From Gemmatimonadota bacterium (GTDB lineage: Bacteria > Gemmatimonadota > Gemmatimonadetes > Palauibacterales > KS3-K002): DNA of 64,000 nucleotides. A program made the position numbers and the translations under genes. Each line of letters starts with the position of its first letter. Positions within the stretch are counted from its first letter, which is position 1. The notes beneath the pieces were generated by a model, which saw only the letters and a list, made by a program, of their open reading frames with translations, made no database searches and was not told the origin of the DNA. Location: assembly GCA_039586795.1 (NCBI GenBank), contig JBDHJS010000006.1:96001-160000 (forward strand), written 5' to 3'. This document shows positions 29,362 to 39,749 of the stretch, piece by piece.

Positions 29362-29904
29362 ATGTCCTCGGTAGCCGAAAGGCGTTCCGAAGATCCGTGG
29401 CCCGACTTCAAGTGGCCGGTCGCCGTGGCGCACCCGATAGCGGCATCCGCGGGCAGGGTCTGGAACGCCATCTCGATGCCCGGCAACCTCGAGTTGTGCC
29501 ACCCTTTTTGTGCGAAGAACCCGATTGAGGTTTGGCCGGGCGAAGGCTCCCGGGATGAGATTCACTACCTGAGCGGTTGGGTTTTCGAGCGCCGATTCAC
29601 TCGATGGATTGACGGGGTTGGCTATGACCTGGAGATCGGTAGACAAGGCGGAAGGACGTCGTTCGTCTCCTGGCGCATCCTGCCGGGTCGTCAACAGGCC
29701 TGTACGCTGAGGATCGCCATCTATCCACACGTGATTCAGAACGTGCCCCTAGCGATCCGTTGGCTCCCGCACCTCGTGTGGATCAGACCGATGATCAAGA
29801 GCTACCTGTCATCCGTGCTGCGTGGGTTCGAATGGTACGTCACCCGTGGCGTACCCGTGTCGGACAATCAGTTCGGTTCGCACCGCTGGTTCTCGACCGC
29901 GTGA
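29362..29904 (+). CDS. SRPBCC/polyketide-cyclase-like protein
   Basis: I.ASAGRVWNAIS.PG N-terminus and a C-terminal helix, typical of the SRPBCC fold. Confidence 0.6.
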   Translation: MSSVAERRSEDPWPDFKWPVAVAHPIAASAGRVWNAISMPGNLELCHPFCAKNPIEVWPGEGSRDEIHYLSGWVFERRFTRWIDGVGYDLEIGRQGGRTSFVSWRILPGRQQACTLRIAIYPHVIQNVPLAIRWLPHLVWIRPMIKSYLSSVLRGFEWYVTRGVPVSDNQFGSHRWFSTA

Positions 29905-29926
29905 TCGCACCGGGAGAGACTCCCCT

Positions 29927-30616
29927 ATGACCGAACACTCCTCTTATCGAATCCTCCTGACCGGTGCTAGCGGTTTTGCCGGCGGCGCGGTCCTGAAGCT
30001 TTGCTTAGACGACCCACGGGTATCGGCTGTGACAAGTGTTGGCCGTAAAGCGTCAGAACTGGAGCATCCCAAGCTCACCGAGGTGGTGCATGCGGAATTC
30101 GACGCCCAATCCGCCATAGCGGATCATTACCGCGATCTCGACGCCGTCTTCTTCTGCCTGGGGATCTCGCAGAGCGATGTGCGCGAAGAAGAGCGATACC
30201 GAGAGATCACCTACGGTTACACGATGGAGAGCGCGCGCCTGCTAAGAGAGTACAGCCCCCGGGCGGTCTTCCACTTCCTTACCGGCGCCGGTACCAATGT
30301 CAACGGCCGATTCATGTGGGCGCGGATCAAGGGCGAAGCAGAGCGCGATCTTTCGGCCATGGGTCTCGGCGGTGCGGTCCACTACCGGCCGGCGTTGATC
30401 GTCGGCCAGGCGTCCGAAGAGCCGCGCTACGCGATGGAGAAGTGGATGCGGCCACTGGAGTTCCTCTACCGGCCCTTCAAGAGCTTCTCGATCCGCACCG
30501 GTGAATTCGGCTGTGCGATGATCCAGGCGATGGTGGAGGGCCTGACGGACGCCGTGCTCGAAAACCGCGACCTGCGAGTGCTTGCCGAGCGCTACCAAGA
30601 AGCCGACGATTCGTGA
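29927..30616 (+). CDS. NAD(P)-binding epimerase/atypical SDR
   Basis: ILLTGASGFAG Rossmann motif, DAVFFCLG, MWARIKGEAE and YRPA. Confidence 0.85.
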   Translation: MTEHSSYRILLTGASGFAGGAVLKLCLDDPRVSAVTSVGRKASELEHPKLTEVVHAEFDAQSAIADHYRDLDAVFFCLGISQSDVREEERYREITYGYTMESARLLREYSPRAVFHFLTGAGTNVNGRFMWARIKGEAERDLSAMGLGGAVHYRPALIVGQASEEPRYAMEKWMRPLEFLYRPFKSFSIRTGEFGCAMIQAMVEGLTDAVLENRDLRVLAERYQEADDS

Positions 30617-30729
30617 CAATAAGAACCGCGAGGAACATCATAGATATTGAGGCACCAACATCGTTCTTTGTGTGGCGCACGATCATCTTCAACCTGGTAC
30701 CGTTCATCGTACTATTGATCATCAGATGA
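30613..30729 (+). CDS. Possible 38-aa membrane peptide or gene remnant
   Basis: GTGA overlap with the upstream stop. Encodes MTIRTARNIIDIEAPTSFFVWRTIIFNLVPFIVLLIIR. Confidence 0.3.
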   Translation: MTIRTARNIIDIEAPTSFFVWRTIIFNLVPFIVLLIIR

Positions 30730-30778
30730 ACGAGGATTTGCCCCGTACTTCTCGACGGCACTGCAGAGGGTAGGAACA

Positions 30779-31657
30779 GTGAGTTGGAAACCGGTGGTAC
30801 CCATCTTCGCCGCAATTCTTGTTGGGGTCGCGGCGGAATCGAGTGGTCAACAGCTGGCGGTCGTCGGTCCTCTCGAGCACGTCTACGCCACGCACGGCGG
30901 ACAAGATCTCATAGCCTACGTGTTCGCGCCCGAGGAGAAGACGCCAGCGCCCCGTTCTGCCATACTCGTCTTCCACGGTGGCGGCTGGCACATCGGAGCG
31001 CCACAGTGGGCCTTTGCCCGGGCCCGGCACTTTGCCGAGCTCGGCATGGTCGCCATCTCGGTGCAGTACCGGCTGTCGGACCAGCAGTCGATCACGCCGC
31101 TGGAGGCGATGGCCGACGCGAGGGCGGCCGTGCGCTGGGCGCGCTCACACGCGGACGATCTGGGGATTGCCAGCGACCGGATCGCCGCCTACGGCTGGTC
31201 GGCCGGTGCGCACCTGGCCACGTGCGCCGCGGTCTTCAACGACTCTCTCGAAACTGGCGTCAGCAGCGCCCCAGATGCCCTGGTCCTCGTTTCGCCCGCC
31301 GTTTCCCTCGAAGGAGACAGCTGGCCGCAGCGGCTGCTGGGGGACAGGGCGAGCGTGGATGAGATTTCGCCGGACATGCATGTACGGCCGGGACTGCCTC
31401 CCACGATCATCCTTCAGGGGCGAACAGATACCGTGACGCCAACGGCCGGTGTAAGGCGCTTCTGCGACCGGATGCGTGATCAGGGCAATCGGTGCGATCT
31501 TCATGTCTATGACGGGGTCGGCCATCTGTTCACGCCGTCGTCCGAGCCCGACTACGGGACCCCGAAATCGGACGCCGAAGTTGAGGCCGCCGCTTACGCG
31601 GAGGCGGACAGGTTTCTGGTTTCGCTCGGGTTCATCAACGCGGTAGAAGGCACATGA
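30779..31657 (+). CDS. Secreted alpha/beta hydrolase (HSL-like esterase)
   Basis: FHGGGW oxyanion motif, GWSAG nucleophile, G.TD and GH triad residues, signal peptide. Confidence 0.88.
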   Translation: MSWKPVVPIFAAILVGVAAESSGQQLAVVGPLEHVYATHGGQDLIAYVFAPEEKTPAPRSAILVFHGGGWHIGAPQWAFARARHFAELGMVAISVQYRLSDQQSITPLEAMADARAAVRWARSHADDLGIASDRIAAYGWSAGAHLATCAAVFNDSLETGVSSAPDALVLVSPAVSLEGDSWPQRLLGDRASVDEISPDMHVRPGLPPTIILQGRTDTVTPTAGVRRFCDRMRDQGNRCDLHVYDGVGHLFTPSSEPDYGTPKSDAEVEAAAYAEADRFLVSLGFINAVEGT

Positions 31658-32291
31658 ACGAGGACATGCCCGAGGCCGTCCGCCTGCTTCAGGAGGCGCT
31701 GTCCGGCCCTCCCGGCGTCTCGGAGGTGACGACGCAATCCGGCCGTCGAGTGCGGGTCGAACGTGATCCCGAGCCAGGCATTCAGGTTCGACTCGCTCAG
31801 CTGGACTCAGAAGGACCACGAGCGGAGTGGCGGGCACTGTCGGTGGACGCGGTCGAGGAACGCCCCGAGTCCTATCCGGCCGATCTTCCGTTTCTGCCCG
31901 GAGTGGAGGCATTGCTCTTCGTCTTCGGTGACGCTGCCAGCGTTACGTGGAGGCCGACAGGAGCCTCCTGCCCGGTTCCACCAAAGCAACCCGACGAGAG
32001 CCTGGCAAAGATCTCAGAGCGACTCAGGGAAATTCACCGGAGCAGCGAAGGAGACGACTCTACCACCAGGGCCGAGGTCGCCAGGAAGGTGAAAGAGGTT
32101 CTCGATTCGCTGGATCCGGAGACTTGCGGCAAGCTGGAAGATATGTGGCAGCAGATGGAACCGGAGGAAGAGATACTCTGCCGGTGAAGAGCTCGCGTGC
32201 ACGTCTCGAGCGGGAGGGCTACGAACGTAGCATTATCATGATGGTTCTGGGCCGAACCGTCATCATGGTTCAAAAGCCGGCGGAACGGTAG
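31654..32291 (+). pseudogene. Hypothetical gene, probably disrupted near 32187
   Basis: ORF 31654..32187 stops at LCR*. A protein-like tail (VKSSRARLEREGYERSIIMMVLGRTVIMVQK) continues in another frame to 32291, just before the next gene. Confidence 0.4.
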
Positions 32292-32301
32292 CGGAAACGC
32301 C

Positions 32302-32865
32302 ATGAGCACGTTCGAATACCTCGCTGTCCTCATATCTATCATCGTGGGTCTCGGCATTACCCATTTGCTGGCCGGAGTAGGCCGGCTGATCAGCAGCGCG
32401 GATCGCCCTCGTGTCTACTGGGTCCACTCCCTATGGACTTTCTACCTGTTCGTCTATTTCGCAGCGTTCTGGTGGTGGCAGTTCCAGTTGAGCACGGTCC
32501 AGCAATGGACAGTCGGTATGTATCTGTTTCTAATCCTTTATGCGACGCTGTTGTACTTGCTGTGTGTCATTCTGTTTCCGGGCGAGCTCCCGGCGGATTT
32601 TCGCGACTACTTCTTCTCCCGCCGTAAGTGGTTCTTCGGCTTATGGGTTGCCGTGTACCTGATCGATCTTGGCGATACCGCCATGAAGGGAAGTGAGCAT
32701 TTCGCCAGCTTCGGCCTCGAGTACCCCGTGAGTATCGGGCTGCTTATCGTCTTGTGCGCGGTAGGGTTCTTCTCGTCCAACGAGCGATTTCACGGCGCAT
32801 TCGCTGTAGGCGCCTGCATCTTTCAACTCTATCAGTTCTCCTGGACTCCGAATTTTCTTGGGTGA
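32302..32865 (+). CDS. Conserved-type hypothetical membrane protein
   Basis: MSTFEYLAVLISIIVGLGITHLL, YWVH..W, WW, LFP and YF..RKWFF. About 5-6 TM. Confidence 0.7.
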   Translation: MSTFEYLAVLISIIVGLGITHLLAGVGRLISSADRPRVYWVHSLWTFYLFVYFAAFWWWQFQLSTVQQWTVGMYLFLILYATLLYLLCVILFPGELPADFRDYFFSRRKWFFGLWVAVYLIDLGDTAMKGSEHFASFGLEYPVSIGLLIVLCAVGFFSSNERFHGAFAVGACIFQLYQFSWTPNFLG

Positions 32866-32947
32866 ACACTGTCCATCGACTCATATACGAGACTAGCTTG
32901 CTCTGATGTCGGGACACGGATGGTCACGGGAAAGACGAGGTGCTAAA

Positions 32948-33457
32948 GTGCGGTTGAAAACTAGCTTCGCAGGGCTGTCGATTGTCGTCGCGCTTTTCGC
33001 GTGTCAGCAACAAGCTGATCAGGCAGAAAGGGAACGTGAGCTTGCGGGGGTATGGCGGCTCGTATCCTGGCAGCTCACGAACGCTGCCGGCGAAATCAAG
33101 TATCCGTACGGGGAAACACCTGAGGGGCAGATCATCTACACTGCCGGGGGCCAGATGTCGGCGCAGCTGATGTACCCCGGGGCCGAGTTGGGAGACATGT
33201 CGGGACTCGATTCCGCAGCTGCCATCTCCCAGGTCTCCCGGACGTTCTTCGCGTACTACGGGACGTACACGGTGGATGAAGTCGCCGGGACTGTCACCCA
33301 TCATGTCCGGGGCTGCTTGAGGCCGGACTGGGTTGGGACCGATCGCGTTCGTCATTTCGCGTGGCTGGATAGAGATCGTATTTCGCTCTCCGCGACGTTG
33401 GAGGGCGATACAACAGTACCGGGGGAGAACGTCCTTGTCTGGGAGCGCGTTGAGTAG
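32948..33457 (+). CDS. Lipocalin-like domain lipoprotein
   Basis: Lipobox LFAC, GVWRLVSW, P.G.IIYT..G.MSAQL, AYYGTY.VD and LVWERV. Confidence 0.82.
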   Translation: MRLKTSFAGLSIVVALFACQQQADQAERERELAGVWRLVSWQLTNAAGEIKYPYGETPEGQIIYTAGGQMSAQLMYPGAELGDMSGLDSAAAISQVSRTFFAYYGTYTVDEVAGTVTHHVRGCLRPDWVGTDRVRHFAWLDRDRISLSATLEGDTTVPGENVLVWERVE

Positions 33458-33470
33458 GCGGAAACCACTG

Positions 33471-34283
33471 ATGCCAACGGACCTTCTGGAGCGCTATCTC
33501 CGGCTTCTGGGTGTTAAGGCAGTCCCCCCGAGTCTTGACGGGCTGCGGGAGCTTGTTCAGGCGCACCTGTGCCGGGTCCCGTTCGAGAACGTGTCCAAGC
33601 TCCACTACATGAAGCATCGGAATCTCAGGGGATTGCCCGACCTGGAGCTGTACCTCGATGGTATCGAGCGGTTCAACTTCGGGGGGACGTGCTATTCCAA
33701 CAACTACTACCTGTATCAGCTCCTTGCGAACCTGGGTTATCAGGCCACGCTGTGTGGCGCTGATATGTCGAGCCCCGATGTTCATCTGGTAAGCATGGTA
33801 GAGCTGGACGAAGGCCAGTACCTGGTGGATGTGGGTTACGCGGCGCCATTCGCGATCCCGCTGCCCCGAGACTCGACGATGGACCACGTCATCCACCTGG
33901 GGAGTGATCGCTTCGTGCTCAAGCCTCAGGATGAAGATGGGCGCTCGCGGCTGGACTTGTACCGCGACGGAAAGCGGGTACATGGCTACGTTGCCAAACC
34001 GTCCCCTCGGCAGATAGATGAATTCAAACCCGCCATCGCCGACTCCTATCGGAGCGACGCGACGTTCATGAACGCGCTTCTGCTTGCGCGTCACTGCCCC
34101 GATCGTTCTTTGGTCATCCACAATCGGACGGTCATCGAGTACCGGGGGACCGGGCCAGGCGTAAGTGCCCTGGTGGAACGAAGCGAACTGAGTCAGGCGA
34201 TAGCGGAGCATTTCGGGATTCCCGAGCGGATCACGACTGACGTCGTGAATGGACTCGAGTTGTTGGGAGACGCGTGGCCCTGA
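33471..34283 (+). CDS. Arylamine N-acetyltransferase family protein
   Basis: YL.LLG, H...VPFEN, GGTCY (Cys), VHLV (His) and YLVDVG (Asp) triad. Confidence 0.9.
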   Translation: MPTDLLERYLRLLGVKAVPPSLDGLRELVQAHLCRVPFENVSKLHYMKHRNLRGLPDLELYLDGIERFNFGGTCYSNNYYLYQLLANLGYQATLCGADMSSPDVHLVSMVELDEGQYLVDVGYAAPFAIPLPRDSTMDHVIHLGSDRFVLKPQDEDGRSRLDLYRDGKRVHGYVAKPSPRQIDEFKPAIADSYRSDATFMNALLLARHCPDRSLVIHNRTVIEYRGTGPGVSALVERSELSQAIAEHFGIPERITTDVVNGLELLGDAWP

Positions 34284-34290
34284 GGCTCCA

Positions 34291-34467
34291 ATGACCGTGG
34301 TCGAGTACCAGATCGACGTCCCGACCCGCTTCTCCAGGACTCTGAAACCGGACGATTACCCTGATGTGAGGATCGTAGCGGACGACGCGGCCGCCGGTCT
34401 CACGCTGAGCAAGTTCGAAAGATTCCCAAGCGGGATCCTACTGCTCAAGTACTCGGTGGATCGATAG
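34291..34467 (+). pseudogene. Probable internally deleted dihydrofolate-reductase/RibD-C family remnant
   Basis: FSRTL...DYPDV.IV.DD abuts the family-like C-terminus LTL...RFPSGILLLKY, with the intervening core missing. Only 58 aa. Confidence 0.45.
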
Positions 34468-34574
34468 ATCACATGGCTTGCCACGCCCCCGGGCTCGTTG
34501 TTCTATTCACATTCCGCTGGCGGCAGTGGCGTGGAAGCCCAAGCACTGACTGACAGCAGCATGGGGGAAGAAGC

Positions 34575-35057
34575 ATGCAACGTCGTTTCCAACTGATTCT
34601 TCTGGCGGCCCCGTTTCTCTTGGGCGGCTGCGTGAGGATCGAGTCGCGAGACCCACAAGCGGACGCCGCAGAGGAGGTTCGCGCCGTTGATGAAGCGTAC
34701 GTGTCCGGTTGGCGCGCCAACGATGCCGCGGCGGTCATGGCGACGCTGGCCGACGACGCGATACTGCTCCCGCCGGGCGTGGTCCCGGTCCAGGGCGCCG
34801 CGGCGATCCGAGATTACTGGTGGCCGCCGGGTGGGCCGACGACGACGATCACGGAATACGAGAACAGCATTGACGAACTCGATGTGTCGGACGATCTGGC
34901 TTTCGTCAGGGGCACTGCGGACCTGACGTTGGAGTGGGCTTCGGCGGACGGGATTCAGCAACAGTCGGGTCGTAGCGCCTACCTGATGGTGCTGCGTCGC
35001 CATTCTGATGGCGCGTGGAAGATCACGCACCGCATGTGGGGTAGGGTGCCGAGGTAG
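34575..35057 (+). CDS. NTF2-like (YybH/DUF4440) lipoprotein
   Basis: Lipobox LGGC, DAILLPPG..PV.G..AI, DLAFVRG and YLMVLRR..DGAWKI. Confidence 0.8.
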   Translation: MQRRFQLILLAAPFLLGGCVRIESRDPQADAAEEVRAVDEAYVSGWRANDAAAVMATLADDAILLPPGVVPVQGAAAIRDYWWPPGGPTTTITEYENSIDELDVSDDLAFVRGTADLTLEWASADGIQQQSGRSAYLMVLRRHSDGAWKITHRMWGRVPR

Positions 35058-35201
35058 ATGACGGTCTATCGAAATCTGGAGGGACCGGTGCGCGCAGCTG
35101 TCTCACTTGGAGTTTTCTTTGCTGTGATCCTCGCGTCGCCAAGTATGGCGCAGGAGCCTTCGTCGATCTCGTTCGCTATCGGGGCCGGGCCGGCTCTGTA
35201 A
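35058..35201 (+). pseudogene. Truncated secreted-protein gene remnant
   Basis: ATG immediately after the previous stop. Signal-peptide-like segment (AVSLGVFFAVILASPSMA|QE), then SISFAIGAGPAL and an early TAA. Confidence 0.35.
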
Positions 35202-35338
35202 GTCACCACCCGGCTTTCACTTGTGCTCGGTACAGCCTAGCTGACCGCCTACCTGCTACTGATCCGGACGATGCTCGAACGCTTCAGGTTTCGGACGTCG
35301 GCGCGTCTGCACGGTTCGCGCAAGCGCGCCCGTCTCGT

Positions 35339-35815
35339 TCAGTGCGTCAGCTCCCCGAAGTGACCGACGACCGGGTGCACCAGCCGCTCGAAATCGGAGT
35401 ACTTGACGCGTACGGCCTCCCGATGGTCGCCGGCGTTGAAGACGATTCTTTCGTCTTCCGCCAGCCGGTCATCGACGAACACGCGCTGACCGTACAGGTT
35501 GCCCAGCGGCGGCATCGCCCCGGGCTCGCAGTTCGGGAACAGCCCGGAGAAATCCGATTCCTCCGCCAGCCGCAGCTTGCCGGCGCCGACCAGGTCGGCC
35601 AGCAGCTCCGCGTTCACGTGGTATGACGCGGGGACCACGGCCATGATCGGCTCGTCGTCGGCGGTGAAGAAGATCACCGTCTTCGCCCACTCGTACCCCG
35701 AGATGTGCGACACCGCTGCTTCCTCGGCCGCCGTGTATGCGGTGGGGTGCTTGATGACCTCGAACTCCACGTGTTCCGATCTGAGGAATTTCTGTACTTC
35801 CGGAGCGAGTGACAT
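35339..35815 (-). CDS. YbaK/EbsC (ProX-like) aminoacyl-tRNA deacylase family protein
   Basis: H..AYTA.E.A, AKTV, FPNCEPGAMPPLG and FNAGDH. ATG 35815 follows GGAGG. Confidence 0.9.
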   Translation of the reverse strand: MSLAPEVQKFLRSEHVEFEVIKHPTAYTAAEEAAVSHISGYEWAKTVIFFTADDEPIMAVVPASYHVNAELLADLVGAGKLRLAEESDFSGLFPNCEPGAMPPLGNLYGQRVFVDDRLAEDERIVFNAGDHREAVRVKYSDFERLVHPVVGHFGELTH

Positions 35816-36004
35816 GGGGTCTGACCTCCATGCTGGCCGGGTTTGGCCCAACAGAACTTCAGGAAAAGGAAGGGTTTCGTGCTCAAAGACAAGGTGGCAA
35901 CTACGCTCTGCCACGCGCAAGAGGCAGCTGCCGGGCACTCCTTATGAGTTAGCTATCATGTTAGTTAAGCAAGCTATCACGTGGCTATTATGTCGTCGCC
36001 CGGA

Positions 36005-37717
36005 TTACTTCTCCAACAGCTTCAGAAACTGCTTGAGTGTGTACGTGTTGGCGACGTCCTTTTTCTCCAGCCAGCCGCGGCGCGCCTGATCCACGCCATA
36101 ATTCACGAAGTCCAGCTCGCCGGTGCGATGGGCGTCGGTGCTGATGACGATCTTGACTCCGGCCTCCCGGGCCATCTGCAGGTGGAAATCTCGCAGATCA
36201 AGGCGGTCCGGTTGAGCGTTGAGCTCCAACATAATGCCGTGGTCCTGAGCGACCTTCACCAATTCCTCAACGTCCACCGGGTAGGGTTCGCGCCGATTGA
36301 TCAAGCGGCCAGTGGGGTGGGCGAGGATGTTGACCATCGGATGCTGCATCGCTTTGGTGATGCGCCGGGTCATCTCCACGCGGCTCATGTTCAGCTTGTG
36401 GTGCACAGAGATGACGACGATATCCATCTCGGCGAGCAGATCGTCATCCAGGTCGAGGGATCCATCGGCCATGATGTCGACTTCCGCCGACTTGAGGATC
36501 CTTATCGAGTCGTACTTCTTCTGGACCTTCTCGATCTCCTTGTACTGCTTGCGAAAGTCTTCCGGTTTGAGCCCCGCCATCGCCAGCGCCGGGCCGTGAT
36601 CGGTGATCGCCATGTACTTGTAACCCAGCTCATCGCAAGCGCGTACCATCTCGTCGACGGTGTTCTTTCCATCGCTGTACTGCGTGTGCATCTGCAGGTC
36701 GCCGCGGATGTCTTTTCGTTTGATGAGCTTCGGCAACCTACCATCCGCCGCCGCCGCGATTTCGCCCCGGTCCTCGCGCAGCTCGGGCTCGATCCACGGT
36801 AGATCGATGCTCTCGTACACGTCCTCCTCTGTCTGACCGGCGATCAGCTCATCGCCCTTGAAGACGCCGTACTCGTTGATCTTGATGCCGCGTTCTCTAC
36901 TTATGCCGCGGATCACGATGTTGTGGGCCTTCGAGCCGGTGAAGTAGACCATGGCGGCGCCGTAGCTCTCGCGGTCTACGAGTCGCAGATCGACCTGCAG
37001 CCCGGACTCTAGGCGGATCGAGCTCTTGGTGTGGCCGGCGACCAGAACGTCCCGGGCGTCGGGGTAGGCCACGAAGTCGTCCATGATCGACGAGCCCTCG
37101 TCGGTCGTCGCCAGGATGTCGATATCGCCCACCGTTTCGTTGCGCCGCCGGTAGCTGCCTGCCACCTCGAGGTCGACCAGCCCCGTCGATTTCTTCAGGT
37201 AGGCGATCAGTGGGACCACGTAGATGTCGGCGTCCGATAGCTTGAAGCGGCCGGCCCGCGCCTTGAGCTCTTCGATGCCTTTCAGCACGCGGGCCTGAAG
37301 CGTCGGACCGAACCCCGACAGCTCGGAAAGCCGACCGTCGTTCGCCGCTTCCTCCAACTCGTCGATCGTCGTGACATCGAGCCCCTGCCAAACCTGGCGG
37401 GCCCGCTTCGGTCCCAGACCCGGGATGTGCATGATCTCGATTAGCGTGGCCGGCACTTCCTTGCGAAGCTCGATCAGATACTCGATCTGGCCCGTATCGT
37501 GTAGCTCGCGGATTCGGGAAGCGGCGCCTTTCCCGATGCCCGGCAGATCTTCAAGCTTTGCGTCCTCATCTTCGAGCAGCGACTCGATGGGCTGGGAGAG
37601 CGTCTCGATCGTGCGGGCGGCGTTGCGGTAGGCCCGGATACGGAACGGGTTCGCGTCCTGGATCTCCAACAGGTCGGCGATCTCCTCGAACAGACGGGCG
37701 TAGTCGATGTTCTCCAC
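36005..37717 (-). CDS. polX: DNA polymerase/3'-5' exonuclease PolX (PolX + PHP)
   Basis: NPFRIRAY, AGSYRR.ETVGDIDIL (intact catalytic Asp pair), YFTGSKAHN, and PHP motifs MHT.YSDG, TDH, AHPTGR and STDAH. Confidence 0.95.
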   Translation of the reverse strand: MENIDYARLFEEIADLLEIQDANPFRIRAYRNAARTIETLSQPIESLLEDEDAKLEDLPGIGKGAASRIRELHDTGQIEYLIELRKEVPATLIEIMHIPGLGPKRARQVWQGLDVTTIDELEEAANDGRLSELSGFGPTLQARVLKGIEELKARAGRFKLSDADIYVVPLIAYLKKSTGLVDLEVAGSYRRRNETVGDIDILATTDEGSSIMDDFVAYPDARDVLVAGHTKSSIRLESGLQVDLRLVDRESYGAAMVYFTGSKAHNIVIRGISRERGIKINEYGVFKGDELIAGQTEEDVYESIDLPWIEPELREDRGEIAAAADGRLPKLIKRKDIRGDLQMHTQYSDGKNTVDEMVRACDELGYKYMAITDHGPALAMAGLKPEDFRKQYKEIEKVQKKYDSIRILKSAEVDIMADGSLDLDDDLLAEMDIVVISVHHKLNMSRVEMTRRITKAMQHPMVNILAHPTGRLINRREPYPVDVEELVKVAQDHGIMLELNAQPDRLDLRDFHLQMAREAGVKIVISTDAHRTGELDFVNYGVDQARRGWLEKKDVANTYTLKQFLKLLEK

Positions 37718-37718
37718 T

Positions 37719-39749
<2,031 letters not shown>

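Noticed and set aside
32185..32187. TGA as selenocysteine readthrough (also considered for msrB)
   Set aside because: There is no redox motif context or evident SECIS, the continuation is in a different frame, and msrB has an ordinary Cys codon.
27418..35240. Canonical integron cassette array
   Set aside because: Most gaps are too short for attC sites, no RYYYAAC...GTTRRRY hairpins were found and no intI is present.
35945..35982. agctatca direct repeat between polX and ybaK as an operator
   Set aside because: Two 8-bp copies in a short AT-rich patch are not enough to call without comparative data.
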